A stretch of DNA of 64,000 nt from Leptospiraceae bacterium (GTDB lineage: Bacteria > Spirochaetota > Leptospiria > Leptospirales > Leptonemataceae), in the NCBI GenBank assembly GCA_040217195.1, contig JAVJNR010000002.1, positions 545,212 through 609,211 on the forward strand, given 5' to 3'. The notes under the pieces were generated by a model, which worked only from the letters and a program-made list of their open reading frames with translations, did no database searches and had not been told where the DNA came from. Numbering within the stretch: the stretch's first letter is position 1; every line of letters begins with the position of its first letter. Positions 59,766 through 64,000 of the stretch are shown here, in pieces. The position numbers and the translations under genes are program-made.

Positions 59766-60803
59766 ATGAAGATTGTAACCGGCCAGGGCGCAAGGGCCAG
59801 TAGCAGAATCCGGGCTCTAATACTGTTGTTTGCCACACTGACACTGGCTCCGACCACCTCCTGTATTGCTGAACTGGAATGTGCCAGTGGAGATTTTACC
59901 TGCGACGAGGGCGGTATGGTGGCGCTTCTGGCTGGCCTGCGGCCTCCTACCTTTGCCGTGGGTACAAATACCGGTCAAGTTGCTTACTCCTCCGACGGAG
60001 GCTTCACCTGGCAGTCTACTACCCTTCCCGATCCTGCCGCTACGATCAGTGGATTTATCTCCGCAGACGGTTTGATCTATGCCTATGGACGGGATTCGGG
60101 TGCCACTTCGGCCTTCTTCATTTCGAAGGACTTTGAAACATGGAGTGGGCCGCATCTTATACCGGGCAGCAGTGGGATAACTGCAGGAGGAACGGATGGG
60201 TTGCGGATCCTGGTAGTGGACAATGCCGGTCAAATCTATGAAATTTTCCGGGACGGAACCAACACTCCGGGAGTCATACCGGGTAGTGGTGGAATTTTTT
60301 ATTTAACCTGGGTTTCTGGCTTCTGGTTTTATTCAGATAATGGCGGAAATAGTCTGTTCTACTCCAGCGATGGGAATTCATGGAATACTCCGTCGGTGCC
60401 GCCCGTGGACCGAATGGCCGATCTGGTTTTCGTAGGAGATCGTTATTGGGGACCCAACGATGTAGATGGATATGCAGGAGCATCCGAACCGGGCAACTGG
60501 GTGACCGACCCTACGGGAAATGTGAGCACCGGAGCCTGCTCCAGCAACGGGCTGGCTGTAGCGGTCCGGACGCTAGGACGATATGATGTTACCTTCAATG
60601 GAAACGGCCTGGATGGTTCGGGCACAACTTCCATAAGCTCTGATTTGGACGACGTAGCATGCGATGGTTCCACGTTCATAGCAGTACCCGGCATTTCAGG
60701 TGATTTTACGGTTTCTCGCTCTATGGCGCTGGACGGTTCCTGGGAAACGATTCCCAATCCAATAGGAGCAGCTGTTCCTCAGGGAATTGACTTGCTACGA
60801 TAA
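59766..60803 (+). CDS. Lipoprotein with Asp-box/BNR-like repeats (probable beta-propeller)
   Basis: TTSC after a hydrophobic stretch; YSSDGGFTW, ISKDFETW, YSSDGNSW. Confidence 0.72.
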   Translation: MKIVTGQGARASSRIRALILLFATLTLAPTTSCIAELECASGDFTCDEGGMVALLAGLRPPTFAVGTNTGQVAYSSDGGFTWQSTTLPDPAATISGFISADGLIYAYGRDSGATSAFFISKDFETWSGPHLIPGSSGITAGGTDGLRILVVDNAGQIYEIFRDGTNTPGVIPGSGGIFYLTWVSGFWFYSDNGGNSLFYSSDGNSWNTPSVPPVDRMADLVFVGDRYWGPNDVDGYAGASEPGNWVTDPTGNVSTGACSSNGLAVAVRTLGRYDVTFNGNGLDGSGTTSISSDLDDVACDGSTFIAVPGISGDFTVSRSMALDGSWETIPNPIGAAVPQGIDLLR

Positions 60804-61197
60804 GATTGAGTGATCCTCACAATCAGTGCGATGCGCGCTGTAGGCGCAGCGAATATCCGGCGAAATTCTTCTCTGGTCGTCCTTCCAGGGCCCGGATTCT
60901 TCAGGGACCTTTCTGCAGTTTTCTCTCGAGCGTTCGACGGCTTCCAGGACCAGGCAGGTCATGCCATATTGTTTATCCTGGTATGGGGCTCTCTATTTCT
61001 TGCCTTTGGATTTTCGCTGCTTTTTGTCATTATCTTTGTAATCTCCTCTCTGGTGAAATCTGGATTTATCTTCAGAATTGGATCAAGAGAATCAAGTCCG
61101 ATGAGAAATGTGTGTGGCAACGATTCCGGGCGTGGGATCTGCTGATTTTCCCCTAAGAACCTCAGAGCTGCAATTTCAGCTGCTTAGCCTCTCTAAG

Positions 61198-61262
61198 AAG
61201 CATGCGTTCAGGCGCTGAACACATGCTTGACGAAATGCTGCGCTCTGTTCATATGGTGAACA
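61198..61262 (+). promoter_or_regulatory. Twin palindromic operators overlapping the promoter of the MarR/polysaccharide operon
   Basis: GTTCA-GGCGC-TGAAC (61206-61220) and TGTTCA-TATGG-TGAACA (61246-61262) flank TTGACG (61227-61232). Confidence 0.7.
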
Positions 61263-61453
61263 CAGTCTCCATTCGAGCCTGGGACTCACCGGGCGGAGCT
61301 CCGTACGGACTTTCTGACCAGCTCCTCCGAAAACTAGGCTGGCGTTTGGAATCCTACTTTCTCCTACTTTGAAAGGAGAGATGACGGAAAGCCGATTTCA
61401 CATCTACTCCAACCCGGCCTTTTCTGCACGAATCAGAGAAGGACCGACTACGA

Positions 61454-61828
61454 TTGAGAAAACACTTGGATCTTCCCGAAGAAATCAGCCATAGAATACT
61501 TGGTATTCTGGAAACCGAACCTGAGATCTCTCAAAGAGAGCTTGCGGGAAAACTGGGCATTAGTCTGGGCAGGACCAATTTTGTACTAAAGAGTCTGTTG
61601 GAAAAGGGATGGGTAAAGACTCGAAACTTTAAGAACAGTAAGAATAAATGGGCTTACGCCTATTTCCTGACTCCGGAAGGGATTGTAGAAAAAGGCCGAG
61701 TTACGGCGCGCTACATAAAGCGCAAAGTTGCGGAATATGAATCACTCAAGCAGGAAGTGGAGCATTTGAAAAAGCAATATGGGGATTATTTTGAGGATGG
61801 GGACACTCGCGATGGTCCTTCTGAATGA
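61454..61828 (+). CDS. MarR family EPS-associated transcriptional regulator
   Basis: SQRELAGKLGISLGRTNFVLKSLLEKGWVK, NFKNSKNK, YAYFLTPEG, EYESLKQE. Confidence 0.9.
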   Translation: MRKHLDLPEEISHRILGILETEPEISQRELAGKLGISLGRTNFVLKSLLEKGWVKTRNFKNSKNKWAYAYFLTPEGIVEKGRVTARYIKRKVAEYESLKQEVEHLKKQYGDYFEDGDTRDGPSE

Positions 61829-61873
61829 TACCGCCCTCCCTGCGCCCAGACTCTAGAAAGGACCAATAAGAAA

Positions 61874-63631
61874 TTGCTTTCTCTATTATTTCGACTCTGG
61901 AAGCGGCTGCGTCGCAAACGACGGAGGCAATATATTGCCGTTCTGATGCTGGCCTTCTTGAATTCCTTCGCGGAATTATTGTCTCTGGCATCCCTTCTTC
62001 CATTTCTAAGCGCACTCACGAACCCTCAGAAACTCTTTGAAGTCCCTCTGGTTAAGGTCCTGGCGAAAGAGGTGGGAATCCAGGCCGCTACAGGGCTCAT
62101 CCCACCCCTTGCAGGTTTGTTTATTCTGGCTGCGATACTCGCTGGAGCAACCAGAGTTACTTTTCTAGTAGCCAGCACTCGGCTTTCTTTTGGGACAGGG
62201 GCCGATATTAGCATCGACATTTTTCGCAAAACTCTCTATCAGCCGTATAGAGTGCATATTTCCAGAAACAGCAGTCATGTGATTAACTCAATAACCGTTA
62301 ATTCTAAATTGATTATTGGAAATGTTCTGATACCCGTTGTGAACGCGGTAGGAACACTATTTGTTATCGTATCCATAGTGTTCGTTCTTTTCTCCATTGA
62401 TCCTCTAATCCTGGGATTATCCATTCTAATCTTTGGTTCAGTATACTCCTGTATCATACTTGTTGTTAAGCGACGTTTGCATAAGGAAGGAGAGGTGCTT
62501 TCCAGAGAGCATTCGCATGTACTAAAGATTCTTACCGAGGGGTTGGGTGGCATTCGCGATGTAATTGTTGAAGGCAGTCAAGAAATTGTAACTAGCAAAT
62601 TCAGGGCATCAGATTATAAACTGCGGGCTGCTGGTGCCTATTCAGCGATTGTGGCTGCCAGTCCTCGATTCCTGCTTGAGACTACCGGAATGCTGCTGCT
62701 TTCGGCTCTCGCACTCTATATTTATTATCAGTCCGGAAGCCTCGCGGACTCGTTACCGCTAATTGGCTCTCTTGCACTGGGAGCTACGCGCCTAATGCCC
62801 GTGGCTCAGCAATTCTATCAGTCCTGGACCAGTCTCAGAGCGTCCCACGCAGTGCTCCGCGATGTCTTGAGCCTCCTGGACCAGGAAATTCCCTCCCAGG
62901 TTGGAACCGATGATGGTAAACAGCTCCCATTCGAACAATCTATTGTCCTCAAAGATATTTCATTTCGCTATCAACCCGGAAGCCCGGTTGTACTCAGGGG
63001 GATCAACCTTGAAGTAAATAAGGGAATGAGAATTGGCATTGTTGGTCAGACCGGCTGTGGAAAAAGTACACTTCTGGATATTATCATGGCTCTTCTAGAG
63101 CCTACATCCGGAGCGCTTCTCGTAGATGGATCCCCGATCAATGCTGATACTTCCCGAGCCTGGCAGCGCAGGATAGCCCATGTGCCACAGAGCATTTTCC
63201 TGCTGGATACTACAGTTGCTCGAAACATTGCCTTTGGGAACGAAGAAGACATTGATCTTGAGCGAGTGAAGGAAGCTGCACGAAGAGCGCAGGTAGATGA
63301 GTTCATTCTAAAAATGGAAGACGGATACGAAACTAAAGTGGGTGAACGAGGGATCCAGCTTTCTGGCGGACAGAGGCAGCGAATCGGAATTGCGCGAGCT
63401 CTTTATAAGCGCGCAGACGTAGTCATACTCGACGAAGCTACCAGCGCCCTCGATGAGTCCACTGAAGCTGCTGTTATGCAATCCGTAGGCGAATTAGATT
63501 CAGAGCTTACCGTGTTTATCATAGCTCATCGAATTACAACGGTACGGGACTGTGACAAGATTATCCAGATGAAAGACGGAGCCATTGAAAAGATTGGCAC
63601 ATTCGAAGAAGTGCTAGGATCACTTCGATGA
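61874..63631 (+). CDS. ABC exporter, fused permease/ATPase (PglK/MsbA-like, polysaccharide-locus type)
   Basis: N-terminal TM domain; GQTGCGKS, LSGGQRQRIGIARAL, LDEATSALD, IAHR. Confidence 0.92.
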   Translation: MLSLLFRLWKRLRRKRRRQYIAVLMLAFLNSFAELLSLASLLPFLSALTNPQKLFEVPLVKVLAKEVGIQAATGLIPPLAGLFILAAILAGATRVTFLVASTRLSFGTGADISIDIFRKTLYQPYRVHISRNSSHVINSITVNSKLIIGNVLIPVVNAVGTLFVIVSIVFVLFSIDPLILGLSILIFGSVYSCIILVVKRRLHKEGEVLSREHSHVLKILTEGLGGIRDVIVEGSQEIVTSKFRASDYKLRAAGAYSAIVAASPRFLLETTGMLLLSALALYIYYQSGSLADSLPLIGSLALGATRLMPVAQQFYQSWTSLRASHAVLRDVLSLLDQEIPSQVGTDDGKQLPFEQSIVLKDISFRYQPGSPVVLRGINLEVNKGMRIGIVGQTGCGKSTLLDIIMALLEPTSGALLVDGSPINADTSRAWQRRIAHVPQSIFLLDTTVARNIAFGNEEDIDLERVKEAARRAQVDEFILKMEDGYETKVGERGIQLSGGQRQRIGIARALYKRADVVILDEATSALDESTEAAVMQSVGELDSELTVFIIAHRITTVRDCDKIIQMKDGAIEKIGTFEEVLGSLR

Positions 63632-63853
63632 ATTCACGTTTCCATTCAGAAGAATCATTGTAAAAAATGCTTTGGGCTTTCACTTGCAGGTAATGGCCGC
63701 TGGCAGACGTAGCCAGCCGAGCAGGGTATCCAAAGGGGCCCATTAAGTTGCTGAATCTGCACCGGTACCGATCGCCTGTTAAATCAGCAATTAGGGAATT
63801 TGTAGAAGAGACGCTGGGTATAGACCTGGTAGAAGAAATGTATGGAGAGTAAA

Positions 63854-64000
63854 ATGGGAGTATTTGTAATAGCAGAGATCGGCATTAATCATAATGGAGA
63901 TCTTGATATAGCTCGTCAGCTGATTGATGTAGCAGTTGAAGCGGGGGCGGATGCCGTAAAATTTCAGAAGCGAACTGTGGACCGTGTGTATACGAAAGAG
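63854..64000 (+). CDS. neuB: Nonulosonic acid synthase, NeuB family (5' part; runs off the window edge)
   Basis: Not in the ORF track. Manual translation: MGVFVIAEIGINHNGDLDIARQLIDVAVEAGADAVKFQKRT...; RBS GGAG. Confidence 0.88.
   Translation, partial: MGVFVIAEIGINHNGDLDIARQLIDVAVEAGADAVKFQKRTVDRVYTKE

Noticed and set aside
60806..61156. Overlapping 111-116 aa ORFs after the Asp-box lipoprotein
   Set aside because: No RBS, no motifs and conflicting frames; cannot be supported as genes.
61310..61335. Hammerhead-like CTGA...GAAA in the marR leader
   Set aside because: The core reads CTGACCA rather than CTGANGA, and the required stems are not evident.

Overview
Bacterial chromosomal window, most likely from a Leptospiraceae spirochaete (Leptonema/Leptospira-like). 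This is inferred from spirochaetal-type lipoprotein signal peptides, a membrane-anchored AraC regulator and paired outer-membrane proteins with a Leptospira-type N-terminal domain. The first ~46 kb is mostly housekeeping: a cytochrome c maturation operon (ccmE-F-H, two accessory genes, ccmA), acs, bioD, nnrS, tpx, mpl, a PIN-PhoH gene, uracil-DNA glycosylase, purB, amtB-glnK, a GH31 glycosidase, gmhB and fba. From ~46 kb the window enters a surface-polysaccharide region (galE, ugd, gmd, GtrA, a UGM-like flavoprotein, an EPS-type MarR regulator, an ABC exporter and a partial NeuB). That region is interleaved with two paralogous two-gene cassettes (coiled-coil plus predicted beta-barrel protein, then a Cys-rich lipoprotein) and two beta-propeller lipoproteins. 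The best candidates for undescribed biology are the barrel + lipoprotein cassettes with a shared post-cysteine hydrophobic motif, a histone-H1-like/TM/LysM protein, a flavinylation-motif protein with two His-containing membrane proteins, and a CxxxY-type CcmE combined with a Cys-rich CcmH. Several regulatory sites can be read directly: an FNR-type box at nnrS, a sigma54 promoter at amtB, and palindromic operators. I saw no rRNA, tRNA, CRISPR array or mobile element. All family assignments come from reading motifs by eye; no searches were run.
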